Shown here in pieces: positions 34,521 through 43,139 of a DNA stretch of 64,000 bases. Made by a program: the position numbers and the translations under genes. Location of the stretch: contig JBJMHD010000146.1 of NCBI GenBank assembly GCA_045807565.1, forward strand, positions 3,085-67,084, read 5' to 3'. Every line of letters begins with the position of its first letter. The first letter of the stretch is position 1. Under the pieces are notes generated by a model. It did no database searches. It worked only from the letters and a program-made list of their open reading frames with translations, and was not told the DNA's origin. This DNA comes from Acidimicrobiales bacterium (lineage in GTDB: Bacteria > Actinomycetota > Acidimicrobiia > Acidimicrobiales > VFJN01).

Positions 34521-37249
34521 GCGTGCACCTCGGCGGCCTCGTCGGCATGCCCGAGGTAGGCCTCGCGCACGGCCGGGTGCGACCGGATCTCCGTCGGCGT
34601 CCCGCTGGCGATCACCACGCCGAAGTCGATCACGACGATGCGATCGCAGGTGCTCATCACGAGCCCCACGTCGTGCTCCACGAGGAGCACGCCCATGTTC
34701 CGCTCGTCGGCCAGCCGCCGGATCAGGCGAGCCAGCTCCGCGCTCTCGTTCTCGTCGAGGCCGGCGGCGGGCTCGTCGAGCAGCACGACCGACGGGCCCG
34801 ACGCCACGGTCCTCGCGATGCCGACGAGCCGGCGCCGACCGTAGGGCAGCTCGTCGGGCGTGTCGTCCAGGTGCGCCTCCAGCTCGAACTCGCGGACGGC
34901 GGCCCCCGCGGTGGCCGGGAGGTCGTGCCGACCCGGCCCGATGAGATAGGTGACCCACGAGAGCCGCGAGGCGCCGACATCGCTCCCGGCACGGATGTTC
35001 TCCTCCACGCTGATGTCCTCGAAGAGCTCCAGCGACTGGAACGACCGCCGCAGCCCGAGCCGGGCACGCCGTGTCGCGTTCAGGCGTTCGATGCGCCGGC
35101 CGTCGAGCGTGATCGATCCGCGGCCCACCGGCACGAACCCGGTCACCGCGTCGATGAGGGTGGTCTTCCCCGCGCCGTTCGGTCCGATGAGCCCGACCAC
35201 CTCGCCGGGCCCGACCTCCAGCGATACGTCGTGCACGGCGACCACGGAGCCGAAGCGGACGGTGAGCCCCTCCACCGCGAGCGTCGCGCCGGTCACGGGC
35301 TCGACGGCGGCGGGCGGGAGCTCGGCGCGCGTGACCCGTGGCGACACGAGCCGCAGTCGCTCCCAGAGGCGCCGGTCGTGGGTGACGACGTCCGCGATGC
35401 CGTTCTGGTGCACGATCAGGATCACGAAGAGGAGCAGCGACCCGAGGATGAGGTCCCACTGCCCACCGAGGTTCACCCAGTCCTCCACGACGCGCGTGCC
35501 GAACCCCCCGATGGCGTTGGGGGCACCGAACACGGCGCCGAGCACGAAGCCGAGACCGCCGATCACGGCGTGACCGAGGCTGTTGATGGATGCGAACACG
35601 TTGAACTCGCCATAGGTGACGACCTGGCTGCGGAACCCGATGAGGATCCCCGCCACGGCAGCGAGCCCAGCCGACACCGCGAACGCGTACAGCTTCACAC
35701 CGAACACGGAGATCCCGAGGGAGGCGGCGGCCCGCTCGTTGGTGCGGACGGCGAGCAGCCGTCGGCCGGTCCGAGACCGGCGGAGGTTGGCGACGAGGAG
35801 GGCCAGGACGACGAAGCAGACCAGGCTGACGGCCGCCCACGCATGCGGGTGGTTGAAGGCGTCGACCCGCATGCCGAACAGCTCCACGCGGTCGATGCGC
35901 GTGCCGTTGTCGAGGATGTTCCCCAGGTAGTGCGGGTTGGCGAACACGACCTCGGACACGAGGAAGCCCAACCCGAGGGTGACGACGGCGAGGTTGACGC
36001 CGCGCGTGCGCAGCGCGGGCACGGCGAACACGAGGCCCACCAGGATCGTCAGCGCGATGCCCAGCACGACCGACACCTCGACGGGCAGCCCGGCGCGCAC
36101 CAACCGTGCCGCGATCAGGGCACCGATCCCGGCCAGCGCCCACTGGGCCAGCGAGATCTGGCCGGCGTAGCCGGTGAGGACGACGATCGACAGGATCATC
36201 ACGGCGGAGGCGAGGGTGGTGTAGCTCGCCCGCGCCCACGGGTCGTCCATCACACCGAAGAGCAGCACCAGGAACACGGCCGCCGCCAACACGACGGCGC
36301 GCGGGTTGATCTGGCCGGTGCCGAGGCGAGGCAGGCGTGCGGCCACGTGCGAGCGCAACGGGAGCCCGCGACCGCGGACGACGACCACCAGGAAGATCAC
36401 CAGGAAGGCCGAGGCGCGGTTGAGGCCGGTGATGAGGTCCTGGTGGAGGAGGTCGGTGAGGTCACCCCCGTAGAGCGTGGCCATCGCCTCGCCCACCCCG
36501 ATGATGAGACCGCCGACGAGCGTCCACGGGAACGAGTGGAAGGCACCGAGGAGCGCCGCGCCGAGACCGGCCACCGTGACCACGATGGTGAAGGTGGTGG
36601 CCGACAGCCCGGTGAGGGGCGCAGCCAGCACCGCGGCCAGGCCCGCGAGCATGCCGCCCATCGTCCAGGTGAGCACGGCAAGGCGGTCGGGCGACCACCC
36701 CAGCGTCTGCACGGCGCGCTCGTTCTGCGCGCTGGCGTTGATGGCCAGCCCGACGCGCGTGTACCGCGTCCACGCCCACAGCGCGAACGTGAGCACGAGC
36801 GTGATGCCGATCAGGTACAGCCGCTCCTCCTGCACCGTGTAGCCGCCCCAGTCGAAGACCCGGTTCGGGAGGTACGAGGCGACCCGGTGGTTGCTCGACC
36901 CCCATCGCTTGGCGATCACGGCCTGCAGCAGGCCGAGCAGCCCGATGGTGGCGATCACCCGGACGATCGCCGCCGCGCCGCGCAGCGAGCGGAGCACGAC
37001 CAGCTGGAACAGGAAGCCCACGGCGCCGGCGGCGAGCACCGCGAGCACGAGCGCCGGGACCAGCTGGAGGGGCTTTCCCTCGCCGTAGAGCTCGAGGAAC
37101 GCGAGGTAGGCGGCGAAGGTGCCGACCGCGCCCTGCGCGAAGTTCACGAGGCCCGACCCGCGGTAGATGAGCACCGCGCCTTGGGCGAAGAGGGCGTAGG
37201 TGGCTCCCGCGCCCAGCCCGATGATCAGGAACTGCAGGAACGAGTGCAC
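34517..37249 (-). CDS. fused LivH-like permease / LivM-like permease / LivG-like ATPase, single 910-aa polypeptide
   Basis: This is one uninterrupted frame. The N-terminus is LivH-like (FLQFLIIGLGAGATYALFAQG). The middle is a LivM-like polytopic region. The C-terminus is an NBD (GPNGAGKTT, LPYGRRRLVGIAR, LLDEPAAGLD). Confidence 0.8.
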   Translation of the reverse strand: MHSFLQFLIIGLGAGATYALFAQGAVLIYRGSGLVNFAQGAVGTFAAYLAFLELYGEGKPLQLVPALVLAVLAAGAVGFLFQLVVLRSLRGAAAIVRVIATIGLLGLLQAVIAKRWGSSNHRVASYLPNRVFDWGGYTVQEERLYLIGITLVLTFALWAWTRYTRVGLAINASAQNERAVQTLGWSPDRLAVLTWTMGGMLAGLAAVLAAPLTGLSATTFTIVVTVAGLGAALLGAFHSFPWTLVGGLIIGVGEAMATLYGGDLTDLLHQDLITGLNRASAFLVIFLVVVVRGRGLPLRSHVAARLPRLGTGQINPRAVVLAAAVFLVLLFGVMDDPWARASYTTLASAVMILSIVVLTGYAGQISLAQWALAGIGALIAARLVRAGLPVEVSVVLGIALTILVGLVFAVPALRTRGVNLAVVTLGLGFLVSEVVFANPHYLGNILDNGTRIDRVELFGMRVDAFNHPHAWAAVSLVCFVVLALLVANLRRSRTGRRLLAVRTNERAAASLGISVFGVKLYAFAVSAGLAAVAGILIGFRSQVVTYGEFNVFASINSLGHAVIGGLGFVLGAVFGAPNAIGGFGTRVVEDWVNLGGQWDLILGSLLLFVILIVHQNGIADVVTHDRRLWERLRLVSPRVTRAELPPAAVEPVTGATLAVEGLTVRFGSVVAVHDVSLEVGPGEVVGLIGPNGAGKTTLIDAVTGFVPVGRGSITLDGRRIERLNATRRARLGLRRSFQSLELFEDISVEENIRAGSDVGASRLSWVTYLIGPGRHDLPATAGAAVREFELEAHLDDTPDELPYGRRRLVGIARTVASGPSVVLLDEPAAGLDENESAELARLIRRLADERNMGVLLVEHDVGLVMSTCDRIVVIDFGVVIASGTPTEIRSHPAVREAYLGHADEAAEVHA

Positions 37250-37322
37250 GTCGTCAGCATCGTCGCAGGCGGGCCGGGGGGGCGCTCGTCGAGCACCTCA
37301 CCCCGGCCCATCGCTGCATCGC

Positions 37323-38660
37323 TCAGCAGGTCTCCGCAGGGGCTCCGAAGATGGAGCCGCACAGGACGTCGTCGAAGGACATCTCCCCGATCTGGACGAA
37401 GTTCCCGTCGAAGTCTCCCTTGGCGCTCGGATCCCACTTGTAGGTGGCCCAGTGGTTCATGCCGGCGCGCTGGAACAGGCCGGGGTGGTCGGTGTCGGGC
37501 GTCCAGCTCTCGTCGCCGAACATGCCGAGCATCGGGACGTCCTTGGCCGCTTCGATCATGGCCTTGAGCGACTGCCGGCTCAGCTCCGCAGGCTTCGCGT
37601 CGCGGATCATGTAGAGGAGCCCGTAGAGGCCGATCCACGACCGCATCGGGCTGGCCTTCAGGTTCTCGGGCTGGAGCGCATCCTCGCCTGACGCAGCCAG
37701 GTCGCTGCGCAGCGCCTCGTACACGGGCAGGTCCGCGGTGGCCGGCGGGAACGACCACGTGAGGGCCATCTGCTCGGCGAAGTCGCCCATGTCGGCCACG
37801 GCCGAGTGCGCGAAGGTGCCGAGGGTCCCGCCCACGGTGAGGTCCGTGCCGAGCTGCTGCGCGGCGTCGACGACCTGCAGGGCCTCCTGCTCGCCGAGGG
37901 CGAGCATCACGCCGGTGGCGCCCGCCTGCTCAGCGCCTTGGATGAACTGCGTGAAGTCTGTGGTGCCAGACGGGACCTCACCGTCGTACACGAAGGTCGC
38001 ACCGTCGTCGGCGTACACCGGCTCGAGCAGGCCCTTCATGGCGGCGGCCCCGCCGCCGACGCGGATGAGCCCGATCTCCTTGGCGTCGGCGTCGATGAGC
38101 GCCTGCGGCATGAGGAAGGTCGACCCGGTGCCGGACGCATCGAGGGGGTACGCGTTCTGGTCGCCCCAGTCGTTGTTCGTCACGTTGCCGGCCAACCTCG
38201 GGATCCCGAGCGACGCGAACTTCTGCGAGACCTCGAGCTGGGACTGCAGGCCCTGGTCGTTGATCGTGACCATCACGCCGGCCTTGTCCATGTCGTCCAC
38301 GCACGCCAGCGCCTGGTCGGCGTTGTTGTTCTCGTCGCAGTTGTGGACCTCGACGCACGAGCCGTTGGCGCCGCCTCGCTCGTTGAAGGCGTCGGCGGCC
38401 GCCTCGAGCGCCTTGGCCTGGTCGCCGAGCGAGATGACCGGCGTCTCGAAGGTGGTGATGAGACCGACGACCAGCGGGTCCTTCGCCTCGTCGCAGGGTC
38501 CGTCGTCCCAGAGGCCGATCCCCTCGTAGTCGATCTTCTCCTCGGGCGCGGCGCCGCCATCACCACCGGCGTCCCCGTCGTCGCTGTCGTCGGCGCACGC
38601 CGCCGCGGCCAGCGACAGGGCGACGAGCACGCCGAGCAGTCGTACCAAGGTCCTGGACAT
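37323..38660 (-). CDS. ABC transporter substrate-binding lipoprotein (LivK / Peripla_BP_6-like)
   Basis: The ATG at 38660 has a GAGGGGGGAA SD. It has the signal + lipobox LSLAAAAC and a type I periplasmic binding fold pattern. Confidence 0.8.
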   Translation of the reverse strand: MSRTLVRLLGVLVALSLAAAACADDSDDGDAGGDGGAAPEEKIDYEGIGLWDDGPCDEAKDPLVVGLITTFETPVISLGDQAKALEAAADAFNERGGANGSCVEVHNCDENNNADQALACVDDMDKAGVMVTINDQGLQSQLEVSQKFASLGIPRLAGNVTNNDWGDQNAYPLDASGTGSTFLMPQALIDADAKEIGLIRVGGGAAAMKGLLEPVYADDGATFVYDGEVPSGTTDFTQFIQGAEQAGATGVMLALGEQEALQVVDAAQQLGTDLTVGGTLGTFAHSAVADMGDFAEQMALTWSFPPATADLPVYEALRSDLAASGEDALQPENLKASPMRSWIGLYGLLYMIRDAKPAELSRQSLKAMIEAAKDVPMLGMFGDESWTPDTDHPGLFQRAGMNHWATYKWDPSAKGDFDGNFVQIGEMSFDDVLCGSIFGAPAETC

Positions 38661-38672
38661 CCGGTTCCCCCC

Positions 38673-38691
38673 TCGGGCTCGTCGAGCCCGA
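38673..38691 (-). promoter_or_regulatory. 8-bp-stem / 3-nt-loop GC-rich hairpin abutting the SD of the minus-strand SBP gene
   Basis: TCGGGCTC-GTC-GAGCCCGA was read directly from the sequence. On the minus-strand mRNA it ends immediately 5' of the GAGGGGGGAA SD. Confidence 0.3.
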
Positions 38692-38733
38692 TCGTCTGCA
38701 GCCCCGCGGTCGCGAAGCCCACGCTCACATTCG

Positions 38734-38748
38734 GAGAACCACATTATC
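38734..38748 (+). promoter_or_regulatory. GAGAA-N5-TTATC box (GAGAACCACATTATC)
   Basis: It lies in the 345-nt divergent region between the two ABC substrate-binding protein genes. Confidence 0.3.
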
Positions 38749-39005
38749 GCGCGAGTGCCGGCGCGTCATCGCGGAGCGAGCCCTAGGGCGCACATCCGCA
38801 GCGTAGGTGCTCGGCAAGCGGCATGAACCGGCGGAAACGGGCTTTACACCCAAACAGAACCTACCTACACTTCCGCAAGAGTCGCGTGCGCACCGCGGTC
38901 GTGGATGGGGCCTCTCGGCAGGGAAAGCGGTCGGCCGGCCAGAACCACGTCCCAACCGGGTGAGCGGGCGCGCACCCACGTCGCCGTCGTGTTGGGAGGG
39001 GAGCC

Positions 39006-40445
39006 GTGAGCCGTCGGGACGACACAGGCGGACGACGCACCCCTCCTCGACCGACGCGGCTGCTGTCGCTGCTGGTGGCGAGCGCGCTCCTCGCATCGGG
39101 GTGCGGTGCTCGTTGGGACCACGACCAGAAGGAGGCGGTGGCGGCTCGCTACGCCGCGGGCGGCGGCGTCGGTGGGGGTGCGCAGACCGCGAGCGGCGAA
39201 GAGGTCACCTCCGACGCCGACGCCGGCGCGGCCACGGCGTCCGGCGACCAGAGCACCGCCTCGGGCGCCCCGGCGGCGACGGGCGCGGGCACCGGTTCGA
39301 GCGGTGCGAGCGGCGCCACGGCGCCCTCGAGCAAGCCCTGCGCGGCGAAGTCCAGCGCACCCGGGGTCACCGACGACCAGCTCACCATCGGCTCCATCTC
39401 GTCGCTGTCGGGACCCGTTCCCGGCATCGGGGCATCGGCCGCGGCAGCCGCTCGCGCCTACGTCGCCTACCTGAACTCCACCGGCGGGGTGTGCGGGCGC
39501 AAGATCGTGCTGAAGGAAGCCGACGACGGCACCGACAACGGGCGGCACCGCGCCGTGGTCACCGAGCTCGGACCGCAGGTGCTCGGCCTCGCGGGAGGGT
39601 TCGGCGCTGGCGACGTCGGGGCGGTGGACGTCCTCCGCCAGCAGAAGATCCCGGTGGTCGGCCTGCCGAGCGGTCAGGCGGTCGCCGACCTGCCCAACGT
39701 GTTCGACATCAACCCGAAGTTCCGCGACGAGCACGCCGTGATCGGCAAGTACCGCTACCTGAAGGAGCACGGCGCCAACACCGTGGCGGTCGTGTACCTG
39801 GCCATCGAGCAGTCGCGGGCGGAGGCCCGCACCCAGCGCAACCTCATGGAGGCGGCGGGGATCAAGGTGGTGCTCCAACAGGAGCTCCCCATCCAGACGC
39901 TCAGCTTCGACTCGACCGCACGGAAGGTCGCCAACAGCAAGGCCGACTACCTCTTCTTCATCGGCGACACGAACAGCAACGCGTCGATGGCGCGAGCGAT
40001 GGCCGACACCGGCTACAAGCTGAAGGTGTTCGAGCTGTTCACGCTCATCTACGGCACGAGCTTCGTCCAGCGGGCCGGCGCGGCGTCCGAGGGCGTGGTG
40101 ACGTGGCTCCGCTCGCTGCCGAACGAGGAGGCCAGCAGCAACGCCGCGCTCGCCACCTTCAACGAGTGGATGGGGCGCGTCGCCCCCAGCTCGGCGCGCG
40201 ACCCGTTTGCCGTCGACTCGTGGTCGTCGGCCAAGGCCCTCTTCGACGCGTTGGCCTCTCTGCCGGGTCCGATCACGCGCGACGCGCTCATCGCGCAGCT
40301 GGCGAAGGTCGGCACCTACGACGCCGGCGGGCTGTACGGACCGATCGAGCTGGGCCACGAGGTGACGAAGGGCTGTGAGGTCGCCATGACGGTGTCGGGC
40401 GGCAAGTGGAAGCGCCTCGCGCCAGCGAAGGGCTTCATCTGTTGA
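39006..40445 (+). CDS. ABC transporter substrate-binding lipoprotein (LivK / Peripla_BP_6-like), second system
   Basis: GTG start. It has the lipobox LLASGC and a long Gly/Ala/Ser/Thr linker, followed by a binding-protein core. Confidence 0.8.
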   Translation: MSRRDDTGGRRTPPRPTRLLSLLVASALLASGCGARWDHDQKEAVAARYAAGGGVGGGAQTASGEEVTSDADAGAATASGDQSTASGAPAATGAGTGSSGASGATAPSSKPCAAKSSAPGVTDDQLTIGSISSLSGPVPGIGASAAAAARAYVAYLNSTGGVCGRKIVLKEADDGTDNGRHRAVVTELGPQVLGLAGGFGAGDVGAVDVLRQQKIPVVGLPSGQAVADLPNVFDINPKFRDEHAVIGKYRYLKEHGANTVAVVYLAIEQSRAEARTQRNLMEAAGIKVVLQQELPIQTLSFDSTARKVANSKADYLFFIGDTNSNASMARAMADTGYKLKVFELFTLIYGTSFVQRAGAASEGVVTWLRSLPNEEASSNAALATFNEWMGRVAPSSARDPFAVDSWSSAKALFDALASLPGPITRDALIAQLAKVGTYDAGGLYGPIELGHEVTKGCEVAMTVSGGKWKRLAPAKGFIC

Positions 40446-41197
40446 GCCCGCGCCTGCGCGCTGCCCCGCTCGAGGAGACACCGGCCGCCCCGGCGTTCCA
40501 GCCGCTCGCGCTCCACGGCGTGGCCGCGGGCTACGGGCGGATCGAGGTGGTGCACGGCCTCGACGTCGCCGTGCGACGCGGCGCCGTCACCGCGCTCCTC
40601 GGCCCCAACGGCGCCGGCAAGTCCACCACCCTCGGCGTGATGAGCGGCCTGCTCGGGCCCTGGCGGGGGTGTCGCCACGTCGAAGGTCGCCACCTCAACC
40701 ACGCCACCGCCGACGAGCTCGCCCGCATCGGGGTGTGCCACATCCGCGAGGGCCGCTCGGTGTTCCCGAACCTCAGCGTCGCCGACAACCTCTCCGTGGC
40801 CACGGCATGCGGCGCCGACCGCGAGCACCTCGTCGACGTGGCGTACTCCCTGTTCCCGGTGCTCGGCGAGCGGCGCCGCCAGCTGGCGGGCACGCTGTCG
40901 GGCGGCGAGCGCCAGATGCTCGCCCTCGCCCGCGGCCTCGGCACGGATCCGAGCGTGCTCCTCGTCGACGAGCTGTCGATGGGGCTCGCACCCAAGATCG
41001 TCAACGTGCTCTACGAGGCCCTCGAGCAGGTGGCGGGCACCGGGGTGTCGGTGCTCGTGGTCGAGCAGTTCGCCACCATCGGCCTGCGGTGCGCGTCGCA
41101 TGTGTACGTGATGGCCCACGGCGTCGTCACCTACGACGGGCCGAGCGAGAGCGCGATGGACGCCGTGCACGCCGCCTACCTCGGAAGCGGTGAGTGA
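40442..41197 (+). CDS. ABC transporter ATP-binding protein (LivF-like)
   Basis: The TTG start overlaps the upstream stop (TTGA); an alternative start is at 40406. It has GPNGAGKST, LSGGERQML and LLVDELSMGLAP. Confidence 0.8.
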   Translation: MSPRLRAAPLEETPAAPAFQPLALHGVAAGYGRIEVVHGLDVAVRRGAVTALLGPNGAGKSTTLGVMSGLLGPWRGCRHVEGRHLNHATADELARIGVCHIREGRSVFPNLSVADNLSVATACGADREHLVDVAYSLFPVLGERRRQLAGTLSGGERQMLALARGLGTDPSVLLVDELSMGLAPKIVNVLYEALEQVAGTGVSVLVVEQFATIGLRCASHVYVMAHGVVTYDGPSESAMDAVHAAYLGSGE

Positions 41198-41210
41198 CCG
41201 GGATGGCGTC

Positions 41211-43139
41211 ATGACCGAGCTCTTCCAGTTCACGCTCTTCGGCCTGATGCTCGGCTGCGTCTACGCCATCGCGGCCATGGGCCTGGTCCTCACCTACACC
41301 GTCACCGGCGTCTTCAACTTCGCCCACGGCGCCGTGGGCATGCTCGCCGCCTTCACGTACTTCGAGCTCCGCGAGCGGCACGGCGTGCCTGCCCCGATCG
41401 CGGTCGTGTTCGTCGTCGGCATCCTCGCCCCACTCGGAGGCCTGGCCGCCGAGCGCCTGCTGCGGCGCTTCCAGAACGTCGACTTCGCCACCTCGCTGGT
41501 GGTCACCGTCGCGCTCACGGTGGGCCTGCTCGGGGTCGCCCAGCGGCTCTTCGACCCCGGCGAGGCGCGGTACGCGCCGTACCTCTTCGGTGACGGGCGC
41601 ATCGAGGTGCTCAGCGTGCCGATCACCTACGACCGCATCTTCATCGTCGTCGTCGCGATCGCGGTGGCGTTCGGCCTCCGGTTCCTGCTGTTCGGCACGG
41701 GCCTGGGAGCGCAGATGCGCGCCGTGGTCGACGACGGGGAGCTGGCGCAGCTCCACGGCGTGCGGTCGCGCGTCGTCGCGCGCATCAGCTGGATGATCGG
41801 CTTCATGCTGGCCGCGCTCGGAGGCGTGCTGTTCGCCGGCGGGCAGAACCTCAGCGCGATCGTGCTCACGCTCCTCGTGCTGAACGCGTACGGCGCGGCC
41901 ATGGTCGGTCGGCTCACCAGCCTGCCGCTCACGTGCGTGGGCGCGCTCGCGCTCGGCTTGATCCAGGAGCTCACCAACGTGTCGTGGCTGTGGCCCGACA
42001 ACGACATGGCGATCCGGATCCAGCTCGCCCTCCCGGGGATCTTCCTGGTCGCGGCGGTGCTCTTCGTTCCCTCGTTCCGCCTCTCGGCGGGCCGGATCGT
42101 GGGGCGCGACGAACCCCGCGTCCCCACGTTGCGATCGTCATTGATCACCGGCGCGCTCCTCGTCAGCGGCGTCGCGCTCTTCGCCAACGTCGGCAGCGAC
42201 GACCTCCAGAGCCACGTCGTGCGTGCGCTCGTCACCGCCACCATCGCCCTCTCGCTCGTCGCCCTCACCGGCCTGTCCGGCCAGGTCTCCCTCGCGCAGT
42301 ACCTCTTCGTCGGCATCGGCGCCTTCGTCACCGGCAAGACGTTCGGCGGTGACAGCGTCCTCGGCATGCTCGCTGGCGGATTGGTCGCCGCCGTCCTTGC
42401 CGGGATCGTGGCGCTGCCGGCCGTGCGCCTGCGCGGCCTGCACCTCGCGCTCTGCACGTTCGGCATGGCGCTCATCGGCCGCGAGGTGGTGCTCGGCGAC
42501 ACCCGCGTGTTCGGCCTCAGCGGGCTCACCATCGGACGGCCCGAGGTGCTCGGCGTCTCCTTCGCCTCGGACGGCGCCTTCGCGGTGTGGTGCGCCATCG
42601 TGTTCGCTGTCCTCGCCGTGGTGGTCGGCGTGGTGCGCCGCAGCTGGTTCGGTCGCCAGCTCACCTCGCTCCGCGACAGCGAGCTCGCCGCCGCCACCCT
42701 CGGGCTGCCGGTGAAGTCCACCAAGCTCACGATCTTCGCGGTGTCCGGCTTCGTCGCCGGCTGCGCGGGCGCCCTCTACGGCGGCCTGTCCGGCGCGGTG
42801 CAGGGCACCCAGTTCGAGCCCGTGAACAGCCTGGTGATCCTGCTCTTCGCCTACGTCGGCGGTGTCACCACCGTGCTGGGCGCGGCGCTGGCCGGTGCCC
42901 TCTACGCCCTGCTGGTCTACGCCGAGTCCACCTTCGAGGGGCTCGGCGGTCTCGTGTTCGTGGCAATCGCCGCCGCCGCGGTGAGCCTGGGTCGCCAGCC
43001 GAACGGGCTGGCCGGCATCGTGCTCGACCGGCTGGAGCCGCTGCGCGAGCGGTGGCTGGCGCGACCTCGCGCCGTGCCCCGCCCGACCGGCGCCGGCCGC
43101 GTCGCCGTGAGCCCCGCCGAGGCGGAGGCGCCGGCATGA
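41211..43139 (+). CDS. fused LivH-like / LivM-like ABC permease
   Basis: The ATG at 41211 gives a LivH-type N-terminus, MTELFQFTLFGLMLGCVYAIAAMG. An alternative GTG lies at 41190. The second half is LivM-like. Confidence 0.8.
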   Translation: MTELFQFTLFGLMLGCVYAIAAMGLVLTYTVTGVFNFAHGAVGMLAAFTYFELRERHGVPAPIAVVFVVGILAPLGGLAAERLLRRFQNVDFATSLVVTVALTVGLLGVAQRLFDPGEARYAPYLFGDGRIEVLSVPITYDRIFIVVVAIAVAFGLRFLLFGTGLGAQMRAVVDDGELAQLHGVRSRVVARISWMIGFMLAALGGVLFAGGQNLSAIVLTLLVLNAYGAAMVGRLTSLPLTCVGALALGLIQELTNVSWLWPDNDMAIRIQLALPGIFLVAAVLFVPSFRLSAGRIVGRDEPRVPTLRSSLITGALLVSGVALFANVGSDDLQSHVVRALVTATIALSLVALTGLSGQVSLAQYLFVGIGAFVTGKTFGGDSVLGMLAGGLVAAVLAGIVALPAVRLRGLHLALCTFGMALIGREVVLGDTRVFGLSGLTIGRPEVLGVSFASDGAFAVWCAIVFAVLAVVVGVVRRSWFGRQLTSLRDSELAAATLGLPVKSTKLTIFAVSGFVAGCAGALYGGLSGAVQGTQFEPVNSLVILLFAYVGGVTTVLGAALAGALYALLVYAESTFEGLGGLVFVAIAAAAVSLGRQPNGLAGIVLDRLEPLRERWLARPRAVPRPTGAGRVAVSPAEAEAPA

